Source: an uncultured Gemmatimonadales bacterium
GTDB lineage: Bacteria; Gemmatimonadota; Gemmatimonadetes; Longimicrobiales; RSA9
Assembly (NCBI GenBank): GCA_963798845.1
Contig: CAWCUS010000004.1
Location: 451,781 to 515,780 of the forward strand
DNA length: 64,000 bases
Reading direction: 5' to 3'
This document shows positions 28,619 through 38,973 of the stretch, one piece after another. The position numbers were made by a program, and so were the translations under genes. Each line of letters opens with the position of its first letter. Position 1 is the first letter of the stretch. The notes beneath the pieces are model-generated. The model ran no database searches and was not told where the DNA came from. It was given only the letters and a program-made list of their open reading frames with translations.

Positions 28619-29624
28619 ATGCAGCGCCTGAATCTCGATCGAGCCGGAGAGCTCCTCGACCGCATCCGCACCGTGCGTGTGCTCGTCGTGGGCGACCTGA
28701 TGCTGGATGTCTACCTTCGGGGCGGTGCGTCACGCATCTCGCCGGAGGCGCCCGTGCCCGTGGTCCGGGTGCGTGACGAGTGGCGGGCGCTGGGTGGCGC
28801 GGCCAACGTGGCGGCGAACCTGGAAGCGCTGGGCGCGCACGCTGCCATGCTGGGCGTGGTGGGGGGAGACGCCGCCGGTCGTGCGCTGCGCGAGGAGGCG
28901 GAAGCGCATGGGATCGACGCCAGCGGGCTGGTGGAGCTCCCGGACCGGCCGACGACCATGAAGACGCGGGTCCTGGTGGGCCACCAGCAGGTGGCGCGCT
29001 ACGACCGCGAGGAGGACGGGGACCTCGGGGCGGAAGCGGTGGCGCTCCTGTGCGACCGGGTGGAGGCGCTGGCCGCGGGGGCCGCGGCCGTGGTCCTCGA
29101 GGACTACGACAAGGGCGTGCTGGTGCCGTCGGTGATCGACGCGGCCCTCGACGCGGCCCGCCGACACGACATCCCGGTGGTGGTGGATCCGAAGGCGAGG
29201 CATTTCTTCGGCTACGGCGGCAGCACGGTGTTCAAGCCGAACCGTGGCGAGCTGGCGGACGCGCTACGTGCCCCGGTGCAGCCGGAGGATGCCGCCTGGA
29301 TGGACCGGACGCGGAAGCACCTGGGGTGCGAGAACCTCCTCGTGACGCTGGGCGCCGGAGGGGATGGCGCTCGCCACCGCCGACGGCGCCCTGTTGCGCG
29401 TGCCGGCCGTGGGCCGCGCCGTTTACGACGTGTCTGGAGCGGGCGACACGGTCGTCGCCGTGATCGCGGCCACGTTGGCGGTGGGCGGAACGGTCGAGGA
29501 GGGGGCGCTGCTGGCCACGCACGCGGCCGGGGTGGAAGTGGGGAAGGCGGGGGTGGTCACCGTCGCCCCATCGGAGATCGTGGCGAGCGTCCGCGAGCTG
29601 ACGGCTGCGGGCGCGTCTGCCTGA
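28619..29624 (+). CDS. rfaE1: D-glycero-beta-D-manno-heptose-7-phosphate kinase (HldE kinase domain), apparent +1 frameshift near 29355
   Basis: VGDLMLD, RISPEAPVPVV and GGAANVA motifs; VYDVSGAGDTV lies in the shifted frame 29364-29624. Confidence 0.88.
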
Positions 29625-29647
29625 GCGACGGAATCGAGGAGGCGAGG

Positions 29648-30034
29648 ATGGCGGATATCACGCGGGTCTACACCGACGCGGCGCCGCAGGCGATCGGCCC
29701 GTACAGTCAGGCGCTGAAGCTGGGGAACCTGGTGTTCACGGCGGGGCAGATCGCCCTGGACCCGGGCTCCATGCAGGCGATCGAGGGGGACGTGGCCGCG
29801 CAGACGGAGCGGGTGCTCACGAGCCTGGAGGCCATCCTGCGCGAGGCGGGCGCGAGCCTCGATTCCGTGCTCAAGACCACCGTCTACCTGGTGGACATCG
29901 GCGACTTCGCAGCCATGAACGAGGTCTACGGCCGCTTCTTCGACAGCCACAAGCCGGCCCGCTCGACCGTGGCGGTCGCGGCGTTGCCGAAGGGCATGAA
30001 GGTGGAGATCGACGCGATCGCCACCACCGCCTGA
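29648..30034 (+). CDS. ridA: RidA family reactive intermediate deaminase
   Basis: APQAIGPYSQA, AGQIALDP, PARSTVAV and VEIDAIA motifs. Confidence 0.92.
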   Translation: MADITRVYTDAAPQAIGPYSQALKLGNLVFTAGQIALDPGSMQAIEGDVAAQTERVLTSLEAILREAGASLDSVLKTTVYLVDIGDFAAMNEVYGRFFDSHKPARSTVAVAALPKGMKVEIDAIATTA

Positions 30035-30037
30035 CGT

Positions 30038-31837
30038 TCAGTCCTCGATCTGGTACGCCACCGCCCACGCCCCGCGCCCGATGTGGGTGGCGATGACGGG
30101 AGTGGCCGGGGAGAGGAGGATGTCGCGCTCGCCGAACCGATCGCGGAGCGCCTCGCGCACCCCCTCCGCGGTTTCGGCACAGTCCACGTGGACCACGCCG
30201 AAGCGGAACTGGCGCGCGTCGCCGATCCGGTCGGTCAGGAGCTGGAGCACGCGCGGCAGGAGCGCCTCGGCACCCCTGACCTTGGCGAGTGGCTTCACCG
30301 CCCCCTCCCGGTCCAGGGCGAGGATCGGCTTGATGTCCAGAAGGCTGCCCAGCCACGCACGACCGCGGCTCACGCGTCCCGACGCGATCAGCCGGTCGAA
30401 CGTGGCCACCGTGAACAGGATCCCCGACCGATCGCGGACCCGGTCGAGCTCCGCCGCGATGTCCTCGGGCCCCCATCCGAGCTCCGCGAGCTCGGCCGCC
30501 TTCATGGTCAGCAGCCCCTGCGATACCGATGCCGAGCGCGAGTCCACCAGGTGCACGGGCGCGCCGGAGAACTGCTTTGCCGCCGTCTGCGCGGATGCGA
30601 ACGTGCCCGAAAGACGGGAGGCCAGGAGGACGGCCACGATCGCTTCGCCGTCATCGGCCGCGCGGCCGTAGGCCTCGAAGAAAGCGCTGGGCGGCGGTTG
30701 GGACGTGGTGGGGTGCTCGTCCCGCCGCAGCCGCTCCACGAACGTGTCCGCGTCAATGTCGATCCGGTCGCGCAGCACCCGGGTGTCGTAGACCAGTGAG
30801 AGCGGGACCACGTGGATCCCGTGGGCCCGGATCACCGCTTCCGGCAGGTCGGCACCGCTGTCCGTCACGACCGTCACCGGGCGCCTCGCCAGCCCCGTAC
30901 CACCCCGCCCGATGGCGCGGTGCTGCGCTTCCATGTCCTCCGCCTTGTGCGACTCGAGACGGCCGACCGTCCGCAGGTAGGCGAACACGGGCTCCGGGTC
31001 GTCCGTGTGGATGTGCACCTTGAGGAGATCCTCTCCCCGGATCACGATGAGCGAGTCTCCGAGCTCGCGCAGGACCGACCGCACCACGGCTTCGGCCGGC
31101 ACCCCGTCGCCGCGCACCAGCGCTTCCGTGCAGTACCGGAACCGGCTGTCGTGGGCGGGGAACTCGGCGCTCGCCACGGGATCGGCATCGCCGTATTCCG
31201 GCGGTTCGCTCACGGGCTGGATCGGCTCGCCCTCGAGCAGCTCGGTGATCCCTTCGAGCCACTGGACGAAACCCTTGGCGCCCGCGTCCACCACGCCTGC
31301 CTTCTTGAGCGCCGGCAGCATGTCCGGCGTTCGGGACAGGGCGTCGCGAGCGCGGGCAAGGATTCGGCTGTGCAGCACGGCCAGGTCGGGACTGGTGCAC
31401 TCCTCCGCCGCTTCCGCCGCCTCCCGCATCACCGTCAGCATGGTGCCCTCCACCGGCTTTTCCAGCGACGCGTAGATGTGGTCGGCGGCGCGCCGAAGCG
31501 CCGTCTTCATGTCGTCCACGTGCACCCGTCCGCGCTCGCGCAGCGATTCGGACAGCCCGATGAGCCAGTGCGAGAGGATCATCCCGCAGTTCCCCCTCGC
31601 CCCCAGCAGGCCCGCCTCCGCGGCCGCCCGCGCGACCCCGCCCGCGTCCGGATCCGTGTTCCGCTTCAGCTCGTCGGCCACGGACGTGACCGTGAGGGCC
31701 AGGTTCGTGCCCGTGTCGCCGTCCGGCACCGGGAACACGTTGATCCGGTTCAGCTCGGCCTTCCCTCGGCGTGCGTGATCGCACGCCGCGATCAGCGCGC
31801 GGCGCAGGCGGTCGCCGTCCAGGTAGCGGATCTTCAT
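30038..31837 (-). CDS. DAK2-domain/DegV fusion (fatty acid kinase FakA-FakB-like)
   Basis: INVFPVPDGDTGTN, GARGNCG and VDAGAKG motifs; C-terminal DegV motifs VTDSGADL, TTSQPP, LSGTF and THIG. Confidence 0.9.
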   Translation of the reverse strand: MKIRYLDGDRLRRALIAACDHARRGKAELNRINVFPVPDGDTGTNLALTVTSVADELKRNTDPDAGGVARAAAEAGLLGARGNCGMILSHWLIGLSESLRERGRVHVDDMKTALRRAADHIYASLEKPVEGTMLTVMREAAEAAEECTSPDLAVLHSRILARARDALSRTPDMLPALKKAGVVDAGAKGFVQWLEGITELLEGEPIQPVSEPPEYGDADPVASAEFPAHDSRFRYCTEALVRGDGVPAEAVVRSVLRELGDSLIVIRGEDLLKVHIHTDDPEPVFAYLRTVGRLESHKAEDMEAQHRAIGRGGTGLARRPVTVVTDSGADLPEAVIRAHGIHVVPLSLVYDTRVLRDRIDIDADTFVERLRRDEHPTTSQPPPSAFFEAYGRAADDGEAIVAVLLASRLSGTFASAQTAAKQFSGAPVHLVDSRSASVSQGLLTMKAAELAELGWGPEDIAAELDRVRDRSGILFTVATFDRLIASGRVSRGRAWLGSLLDIKPILALDREGAVKPLAKVRGAEALLPRVLQLLTDRIGDARQFRFGVVHVDCAETAEGVREALRDRFGERDILLSPATPVIATHIGRGAWAVAYQIED

Positions 31838-31901
31838 GGCCCGCCAAAGATAGCTCCGCCGGAGCCGCTTGCAACGAGCGACCGCGCGCGGGGGGCGTTG
31901 C

Positions 31902-33269
31902 TCAGGAGGGCGCGAGCGTGGACAGAACCCGGCGTCCGACGCGCCGCAGCACTGCCCGGTCCGAGGGCTCCTCGACCTGGGCCCGCGAGCTCCGCAGCGT
32001 CGCGGCGACGTGGCGCGCCACCGTCCGCCGGTGTTCCGGCGGCAGCAGCGCGCCGAGCTGCTCGAGGCGCTCCAGCAGCGTCCGGGCGAAGCGCGGGTTG
32101 CCGGCGCCGAAGTGGCGGATCTGGTCGAACGCCAGGTCCATCAGGCTGACGAGCTCGAGGCGGGGGAGGATGAGCGCGCTGCGGCCGTGGTCCGCGCGCC
32201 GCACGCGCCCGGGCGGGTCGCGTCGACCGAACGCGAGGAGGAGCTCGATGATCCGGTCGACGCACAGCGTCGCCGTGGTCGGGTCGTTGATCCCGGGCGA
32301 GAGTGCCTTCACCGCGATGTCCACCAGCTCGATGAACGCCAGCTCGAGGTCCATGTGCGGCGTGCGCTGACGACCGAGCACGAACGCGTCACGGATCGCG
32401 CCGGCGGTGTCGTCGCTGTCGCTTCCGGAGGGCCAGACCGTGGCCAGCACGGTCCCGGGGAGGACGAAGTCGCCCACCTGCCGCTCGATCCTGACCGTCC
32501 GGTTCCCGCCCTCGAGCAGGTCCAGCAGCGCCTCGTGATTCAGCCCCTGCACGTATCCGCTGCGCTCCGAATCCACCAGCCGCCCTGGCGCTGCCGGGAG
32601 GACTGCGGCCACGTCGTCGTCCCCGGCGATCCCCACAGTCTCTGGAACCAGCCGGGAGAGCGCACGCATGCCGTCGTGCATGACCCGGTGGATGATGGTG
32701 GACGCCTGGACCGAGCGCGCGGAGTGATCGATGAAGTAGATCAGGAGCCCTATGCTCACCACCGTCAGCACCACCGCGCCCGTGACGGCGATGTTCGGGA
32801 CGAACGCCGTCGACCCCGCCGCGCCCGCCCCCGTGGCGCCGGCGGCTGCCGCGTCGGCGCCGGCCGGATCGGCGCCTCCCCGCACCACCCGCAGCACCAG
32901 GAGGGCGTACGTGAAAGTGCCGATGAACGCACCCAGCACGACCTGGTTGCCCCGGTCCGCCATGAAATTTCGCAGGATCCGCGGCGTGAACTGCGTGGAG
33001 GCGAGCTGCAGCGCCACGATCGTGACGGAGAAGACCACGCCGGTCACCGTGATCAGCCCCGAGGCGATCGCGGTCAGGACGCCGCGCGCCCCGGAGGCGC
33101 TCCCGCTGAAGATCCACAGGCCGACCTCGGAGCGGGGGAGGAGCCCGGCCATGTCCAGCTGGATGGCGCCGAACGCGAGCGCGCCCGCGCCCAGCGTCAT
33201 GAACGTCGGGACGAACCAGAGGCTGTCCTTCGCCCGGTTCCACAGCGCCGTCAGCTTGTCGAGGCCCAC
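31902..33269 (-). CDS. DUF2254-family membrane protein
   Basis: SLWFVP, LQLASTQFTPRILRNF and KALSPGINDPTTA motifs. Confidence 0.85.
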   Translation of the reverse strand: MGLDKLTALWNRAKDSLWFVPTFMTLGAGALAFGAIQLDMAGLLPRSEVGLWIFSGSASGARGVLTAIASGLITVTGVVFSVTIVALQLASTQFTPRILRNFMADRGNQVVLGAFIGTFTYALLVLRVVRGGADPAGADAAAAGATGAGAAGSTAFVPNIAVTGAVVLTVVSIGLLIYFIDHSARSVQASTIIHRVMHDGMRALSRLVPETVGIAGDDDVAAVLPAAPGRLVDSERSGYVQGLNHEALLDLLEGGNRTVRIERQVGDFVLPGTVLATVWPSGSDSDDTAGAIRDAFVLGRQRTPHMDLELAFIELVDIAVKALSPGINDPTTATLCVDRIIELLLAFGRRDPPGRVRRADHGRSALILPRLELVSLMDLAFDQIRHFGAGNPRFARTLLERLEQLGALLPPEHRRTVARHVAATLRSSRAQVEEPSDRAVLRRVGRRVLSTLAPS

Positions 33270-33349
33270 CCCTCGCCCCCCGTGCCGGTCCGCAGCCCGG
33301 CCGGTGGTCGGCCGCCGGACGGCCGGTGGGGGGGCAGGAAGCGTGCCGG

Positions 33350-34261
33350 TCAGTGGCTCCTCGCCACCCCCGCGGTGCCCAGCACGATGAGCGCCGCCCC
33401 GGCGAATCCCCACGCGTCGGGAATCTCGTGGTAGAACATCACGCCCCAGACGGCCGCGAACACGATCTGCAGGTAGCCCACCGTCATGGCGCGCCCCGCC
33501 TTCTCCTCCCGCAACCCACGCGTGAGCAGGAGCTGCGCCCCCTGCGTCACCACCCCGATCCCGACGAGCATGGCCCATTCCCGGGCGGTGGGGAGCAGCG
33601 CGTCGGCGATCGTGAACGGGATCGACGCCAGCGTCGCCACCATGGCGAAGTAGAAGACGATCACCAGCGGATCTTCCGTCCGCGTCAGGTGCCGGACCAC
33701 CACGTAGGCCGTGGCGCTGAACAGCGCCCCCAGCAGCGCGATTCCCACCGCCATCGGGTCGAGCCGCACCTCCAGCCCGCCGAACAGGAAGCCGGGCCTC
33801 ATCAGGAGGACCACCCCGAGCAGGCTCGCCAGCACCAGCACCACGTCCCGCGTCCGCAGCGCCTCCGCCAGGAAGAGCGCCGCAAGCACGGCCGTGAACA
33901 CCGGGTTCGTGTACTGCATCACCGTGGCGTCGGCCAGCGGCAGGTGGATGACGGCGTAGAAGAAGCAGCTGAGCGCACCGAACCCGAGCAGACCCCGGAG
34001 GATCAGGAGCCCCCGCCGCGTCCCCGACCCGGACAGGCCCCGCCGCTGGAGCATCCACCAGCTCAGCGCCGCCCCCACCCCGGACCGCGCCAGCACCACC
34101 TCCTGCACCGGCAGCCGCTGTCCGGCCGTCTTCACCAGCAGGCTCATGACGCTGAACAGGAACGCCGCCCCGACCATGTAGCGGATCCCCGGCGGGATCG
34201 GCAGCACCTTGCCCCCGCTCGCCGTGCGCGCCCCCCGCGCCTCGTCCGCCCGTTCCACCAT
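33350..34261 (-). CDS. DMT/EamA family transporter
   Basis: About ten TM segments in two EamA repeats; YTNPVFTAVLAALFLAE; start approximate. Confidence 0.88.
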   Translation of the reverse strand: MVERADEARGARTASGGKVLPIPPGIRYMVGAAFLFSVMSLLVKTAGQRLPVQEVVLARSGVGAALSWWMLQRRGLSGSGTRRGLLILRGLLGFGALSCFFYAVIHLPLADATVMQYTNPVFTAVLAALFLAEALRTRDVVLVLASLLGVVLLMRPGFLFGGLEVRLDPMAVGIALLGALFSATAYVVVRHLTRTEDPLVIVFYFAMVATLASIPFTIADALLPTAREWAMLVGIGVVTQGAQLLLTRGLREEKAGRAMTVGYLQIVFAAVWGVMFYHEIPDAWGFAGAALIVLGTAGVARSH

Positions 34262-34702
34262 GCCCCGCTCCCGTGTGATTCCGTGGCCGCGCCGAAGGTA
34301 TCCCGCACCCTCGCCGGCGAACAGGTCCGGGGGAGGTGAGGGCCCTCCTTCCGGCTCGCACGGGGAACCGATCTTGCCCCTTCCTTCCACGTCGTGCGTC
34401 GCTCCTCGGGTCACCCGCCGCCTCGAACATCCAATGCGGTGCTCCATTTCGACGGCAGCCACGCCCTCGAGCCGCTGGAGCGGACGCCTGGGTGGGACCG
34501 CGGCGAGGCGCCGGAGACGTGCCCTTCGGGCTTCTGAAGCTCGCGCGCGGGAAGCGGGGGAAGCGGCCTTGCCGGGCCGGGAGGCGCCCGCGTAGTGTGC
34601 CCGCGGGCGAGTCGCATGCCGTCGGGGCGTGGAGCGGTCGTATGGGCCCGCCCGGCGCCTTGCCTCGTCCCGGATCCAGCAACCCGCGAGGATGGAGCCG
34701 AC

Positions 34703-35860
34703 ATGCTCGAATGTCAGAAGGCGGCGTTCACGCTTCCGGACGGTGCCCACTACCTGAACGGGGCATACATGTCGCCGTTGCTGAAGTCCGTCGAGGAAGC
34801 GGGCGTGGCCGCGGTGCGCCGGAAGCGGTTCCCGGCGGACATCACGGCCCGGGACTTCTTCGCGCACGCGGACCGGGCCCGCCGCCTTTTCGCGGACATG
34901 GTCGGATCCGGGGAGCCGGAGCGGGTGGCCATCCTCCCGGCTGTGTCGTACGGGATCTCGGCGGCGGCGAGGAACACGGCCGTGGCGCCGGGCCAGAACA
35001 TCGTGATCCTGGAGGGGCAGTTCCCGAGCAACGCGCTGCCGTGGCGGAGCCTGGCCCGTGAGAAGGGCGCGGAGCTGCGCACGATTGCGGCGCCGACGGG
35101 CGCGCGCGGGCGGAGCCGCGCGTGGAACGAGCGGATCCTGGACGCGGTGGATGGCGCCACCGCCGTGGTCGCGCTGGCGCCGGTGCACTGGACGGACGGG
35201 ACGGTGTTCGACCTGGCGTCGATCGGCGAGCGGGCGAGAGAGCACGGCGCGGCGCTGGTGGTGGATGGGACGCAGGCGGTGGGAGCCATGCCGTTCGACG
35301 TGGAGTCCGTGCGGCCGGATGCCCTGGTATGCGCGGCGTACAAGTGGCTGCTGGGGCCGTACTCGGTGGCGTTCGGCTGGTTCGGGTCGCGTTACGACGG
35401 GGGAACGCCGCTCGAAGAGACGTGGCTGGCGAGGGAAGGAAGCGACGATTTCCGCAGCCTCGTCGCCTACAATGACGCCTACCGCCCGGCGGCCGCGCGC
35501 TACGACGTGGGTGGCCGCAGCAACTTCACGCTCATGCCGATGGCGATCGCGGCGCTCGAGCAGGTCCGGGCGTGGAGCCCGGCCGCGATCCAGGAATACT
35601 GCCGCGCCCTCACGACGGAGCTATTCGACGCGCTGCCGGAGCTCGGCTTCGAGGCCGACCTCCCCGCGGGCCGGGCGGCCCACATCTTCGGCCTCCGGGC
35701 CACCGGCGCTGCGGACAACGAGGAGATCCGGGCCGCGCTGGAGCGTCGCAGCGTCTACGTCTCGCTGCGCGGAAGCGCGGTGCGCGTCGCACCGAACGTC
35801 TACAACGACGACTCGGACGTCGGCGCGCTGCGCGAGGCGCTCGCCTCGGCGCGAAGCTAG
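34703..35860 (+). CDS. Class V-fold PLP-dependent enzyme
   Basis: HYLNGAYMSP, VVDGTQAVG and AYKWLLGP (PLP lysine) motifs. Confidence 0.88.
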   Translation: MLECQKAAFTLPDGAHYLNGAYMSPLLKSVEEAGVAAVRRKRFPADITARDFFAHADRARRLFADMVGSGEPERVAILPAVSYGISAAARNTAVAPGQNIVILEGQFPSNALPWRSLAREKGAELRTIAAPTGARGRSRAWNERILDAVDGATAVVALAPVHWTDGTVFDLASIGERAREHGAALVVDGTQAVGAMPFDVESVRPDALVCAAYKWLLGPYSVAFGWFGSRYDGGTPLEETWLAREGSDDFRSLVAYNDAYRPAAARYDVGGRSNFTLMPMAIAALEQVRAWSPAAIQEYCRALTTELFDALPELGFEADLPAGRAAHIFGLRATGAADNEEIRAALERRSVYVSLRGSAVRVAPNVYNDDSDVGALREALASARS

Positions 35861-35903
35861 CAGCCCGGCGTTCGGGGCGTGCGGCCTCGGGTCCCGGCTG
35901 TCG

Positions 35904-37184
35904 CTACAGCAGTGACACGACGAACAGCGCTCCGAAAGCGGCGAGGATCATCAGCGCGAGCCAGGAAAGCGCCTGCAGTCCTCGCCCGGGCCGGTGCTCC
36001 GGGGCCACGGCGTCGCTCGTGATGGCGCGGAGGTTCAGGAATCCGAGGACCGGCGCGGTGAGGAAGGTCACGGTGGTCGCGAAGTCCACCATCGACGTGA
36101 GCGACCCGGCGAAGAGCGCCAGCAGGAGCGGGATCGCGACACCGATGACGATGATGGCGCCCCAGTACAGCCGCTCCGGCTCTGACTGGCCGGTCATGAC
36201 CGGCCGGAGGTCGTGATCCGCTCGTGAACGCGTGCCGCGCAGCACCGCGATGGAGCGGGCGATCCCTCGCGGGAAGCCGTCCACCACCGTGAGCGCCGTG
36301 GAGAGCATCGTGGTCAGCACGGCCACGAGGACGAAGGGGCGGGACCACGCGCCAAGCGTGCGCGCGTACAGGTCCACGAGCTGGAGCGAGAACGCGGTGC
36401 CGGCGGAGCTGAACGCCTCTCCGCTCCGGTGCATGACCGCCGCCCCCAGGGTGAGGAAGGCGAACGCCATCACCGCCGTCCCCAGGTAGCCGATGCGGAA
36501 GTCCAGCAGCGCGTGGGCGACGCTCGTGCGGACGCCCTCGTCGCGGTCCTTGGCCAGCGTCCAGAGGGAGTTCCACACCGAGATGTCCACCGCCGACGGC
36601 ATCCACCCCGCCAGCGCCAGGATGAAAGCCAGCGAAACGCCCGTGGCTGTGCCGATCGGCGGGACGAGTGCGAAAGTGCCGAGGTCGGCCCGGGGGAAGG
36701 CGACGGTCGCGGCGAACAGCGTGGAGAGCGCGAGCGCGACGAGGATGACCTTGACCGTGCGGTCGAGCAGCCTGAACCGTCCGACCCAGAGCAGTGCCGC
36801 GCACGCCAGGTACAGCACGCCCGCGGCGGCCCAAACCGGCCAGTGGACCCCGACCACGCTCAGGAGCAGGAAGCCGGTGAAGAGGAGGATGGCCGCGTCC
36901 ACGATGAGCGCGGTCCCGAGCGTGATCAGGAGGTAGAGCCAGACGGCCCAGCGGCCGATCCGCGCATAGCCCTCGACGAGGCTCTCGCCCGTCGCGGCGG
37001 CGTAGCGCGGGCCGAACTCGAAGAACGGGTACTTGAGGATGAGAGCGGCCAGGATCACGCCCGACAGGGCGAAGCCGGCATCCGCCCCCGCGCGTGTGGA
37101 CTGCACGAGGTGCGACACGCCAATGGCCGCGGCCGCCCACAGCAGCCCGGGCCCGAAGCTCCTCCAGAAGTCCTTTCCGATCAT
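35904..37184 (-). CDS. NRAMP-like divalent metal/solute transporter
   Basis: GPGLLWAAAAIGVSHLVQSTRAGA and GWMPS motifs; about eleven TM segments. Confidence 0.75.
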   Translation of the reverse strand: MIGKDFWRSFGPGLLWAAAAIGVSHLVQSTRAGADAGFALSGVILAALILKYPFFEFGPRYAAATGESLVEGYARIGRWAVWLYLLITLGTALIVDAAILLFTGFLLLSVVGVHWPVWAAAGVLYLACAALLWVGRFRLLDRTVKVILVALALSTLFAATVAFPRADLGTFALVPPIGTATGVSLAFILALAGWMPSAVDISVWNSLWTLAKDRDEGVRTSVAHALLDFRIGYLGTAVMAFAFLTLGAAVMHRSGEAFSSAGTAFSLQLVDLYARTLGAWSRPFVLVAVLTTMLSTALTVVDGFPRGIARSIAVLRGTRSRADHDLRPVMTGQSEPERLYWGAIIVIGVAIPLLLALFAGSLTSMVDFATTVTFLTAPVLGFLNLRAITSDAVAPEHRPGRGLQALSWLALMILAAFGALFVVSLL

Positions 37185-37289
37185 GGCGCCGAATAAGGGG
37201 GTCGACGGCGGGGAGAGCAAGGATCCCGGGTTGCCCCGGCTCCGCGCGGTGCGTTAGCCTACGCCCCGGCTCGGGTGGACGCGGAGCGA

Positions 37290-37386
37290 GGGGGCGGATC
37301 TGGTCTGGTGGCTGGCGCGCTCTTCAAAAGCGTTGAGCCGGGGCTGACCCCCGGCTGGTGGGTTCGATTCCCACACGCTCCCGCCA
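37290..37386 (+). tRNA. selC: tRNA-Sec (anticodon UCA)
   Basis: 8-position acceptor stem; 6-bp D-stem with TGGT loop; loop CTTCAAA (TCA at 37324-37326); long variable arm AGCCGGGG/CCCCGGCT; GTGGG-TTCGATT-CCCAC T-arm; G discriminator plus CCA. Confidence 0.93.
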
Positions 37387-37404
37387 CTCGCGCCGGCGTG
37401 GGTG

Positions 37405-38166
37405 TCAGTGCCAGGGATTGCCGATCCAGCTTCCGTACATCGGGTTCGGCACCAGGAAGAACCGGCGCCCGAACGCATCCAGCGCCGAGGCCGGCGCCTC
37501 GCGCAGCGACTGGTCGAGCCCCGGGAAGTCGCGGATGTTGTCGCCTACCCAGAGCGCAATGTGAAGCGGCGGGAGCCCCGGGGCGGCCGTCCCCTGTTCC
37601 ACCATTCTGAAGCGCGGCTCCTTCTCACCCGTGTCGGTCTCGCACAGCACGACGGCCGCGTTCACCCCGATCGCTTCCAGGTTCCGCTTCGTGGCCGGAC
37701 ACAGGCGCTCGTCGCGGTTCGTTACGATCGCCAATCGCCCGCCCAGGCTCTGCACCAGGTGGATGAACTCCACCGCGCCCGGTACCGCTCCCGCCGCTTC
37801 TTCGAACACCCACCGGTCCCACATGCTCTCCTCGAACGTCTCGCCGCTCTCGGCCAGGCGACGCTCGAAGTCGCTGTTGTCCAGCACTGTATCGTCGCCG
37901 TCCATCACCACCGCCCAGTCCTTCCCCAGCGTGGGCGCCAGCGCCTGGATGCGCGCTCCCGCGTCCCGGTAGATCTGGAACGTCAGCGCCCGGTATTCCG
38001 CGGAGCTCCGGACCCAGTGCACCTCGAGGTGCCGCTGCACAGCGTTCTCCGCGCTCGGCGGCTGCGCCCCCGCCATGGGTCCGGGTGCGGAGGGGGCGGG
38101 CGGCGAGGCCGTGGCGCACCCGGCGGTCAGCGTTCCGAGGACCAGCAGGACGGCAGCGTGTCTCAC
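37405..38166 (-). CDS. HAD class C acid phosphatase / 5'-nucleotidase lipoprotein (e(P4)-like)
   Basis: Lipobox LTAGC; MDGDDTVLDNS, VTNR, VGDNIRDF and PNPMYGSW motifs. Confidence 0.88.
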   Translation of the reverse strand: MRHAAVLLVLGTLTAGCATASPPAPSAPGPMAGAQPPSAENAVQRHLEVHWVRSSAEYRALTFQIYRDAGARIQALAPTLGKDWAVVMDGDDTVLDNSDFERRLAESGETFEESMWDRWVFEEAAGAVPGAVEFIHLVQSLGGRLAIVTNRDERLCPATKRNLEAIGVNAAVVLCETDTGEKEPRFRMVEQGTAAPGLPPLHIALWVGDNIRDFPGLDQSLREAPASALDAFGRRFFLVPNPMYGSWIGNPWH

Positions 38167-38278
38167 GAGATCTCTCCAGTGCGATCGGTTCACCTCGACC
38201 CCAAGATAGGCCTCCCCTCTCCACGCCGCCTCCCTTTCCGCCATTGCGCCGCCCCGGTCCTCGCCTTCCTTTCCGCCC

Positions 38279-38941
38279 ATGCGTGTCACCGCCCTCAAGC
38301 GGCACCCCCGCCGCGAGCGCGTCCGGGTCTTCGTCGATGGCGGCGATGCCCCCGTGGCCGAGCTGGCGCTCGAGCTCGCTGCCGCCGGGCGGCTGCACGT
38401 CGGGTGTGAGCTGACGGCGGAGGAGCTCGCCCGGCTCCAGCGCGAGGATGAGGTTTTTCGCGCCCGTGACGCCGCGCTGAGCCTGCTCTCGCACCGCGCC
38501 CGCTCCCGCGTCGAGCTGCGCCGGCGGCTGGAGCGAAAGGAGCTGAGCGCGGGCGCCATCGAGCAGGCCATGGCCTGGCTGGACGAGCGCGGCTACCTGG
38601 ACGACGACGCGTTCGCCGACGCCTTCATCCGGGATCGCCTCCGTCTGCGCCCTCGGGGCCGCGTCGGGCTCGTCCAGGAGCTGCGTCGCAAGGGCATCGG
38701 GCGCGACGTCGCCGAGGCTGCGATCGACCGGGTGCTCGGAGCCGAAGACGTGGACGAGGGTGCGCTGGCCGTCAGGGCCGCGGAAGGCTGGGGCCGCCGG
38801 AACGGCCGCATTCTGGACGCCGCCCGGGCGTCGCGCGAGAACGCCGCCGCGGCGCGGCGGCGGCTGTACGGCCACCTGGCGCGCCGCGGCTTTGCGCCCG
38901 ACGCCATTCGGCGGGCGCTGGATCACGTTCTGGGCGATTGA
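38279..38941 (+). CDS. recX: Regulatory protein RecX
   Basis: LLSHRARSRVELRRRL, GYLDDDAFA, ELRRKGI and LARRGF motifs. Confidence 0.9.
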   Translation: MRVTALKRHPRRERVRVFVDGGDAPVAELALELAAAGRLHVGCELTAEELARLQREDEVFRARDAALSLLSHRARSRVELRRRLERKELSAGAIEQAMAWLDERGYLDDDAFADAFIRDRLRLRPRGRVGLVQELRRKGIGRDVAEAAIDRVLGAEDVDEGALAVRAAEGWGRRNGRILDAARASRENAAAARRRLYGHLARRGFAPDAIRRALDHVLGD

Positions 38942-38973
38942 CCCCCCGCGCGGGCCCGCGTACCATCCGGCCC

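Noticed and set aside
28619..30034. Novel HldE-kinase/RidA fusion (471-aa ORF)
   Set aside because: The kinase C-terminal motif (DVSGAGDT) is in another frame and RidA has its own RBS and ATG at 29648; the fusion results from a frameshift.
34430..34530. Cobalamin riboswitch suggested by GCCGGAGACGTGCC
   Set aside because: Only a partial B12-box likeness; the other conserved elements are not evident.
34623..34640. Second att copy of the tRNA-Pro 5' end (CGGGGCGTGG)
   Set aside because: A short GC-rich match expected by chance, and the intervening 22 kb is core housekeeping sequence.
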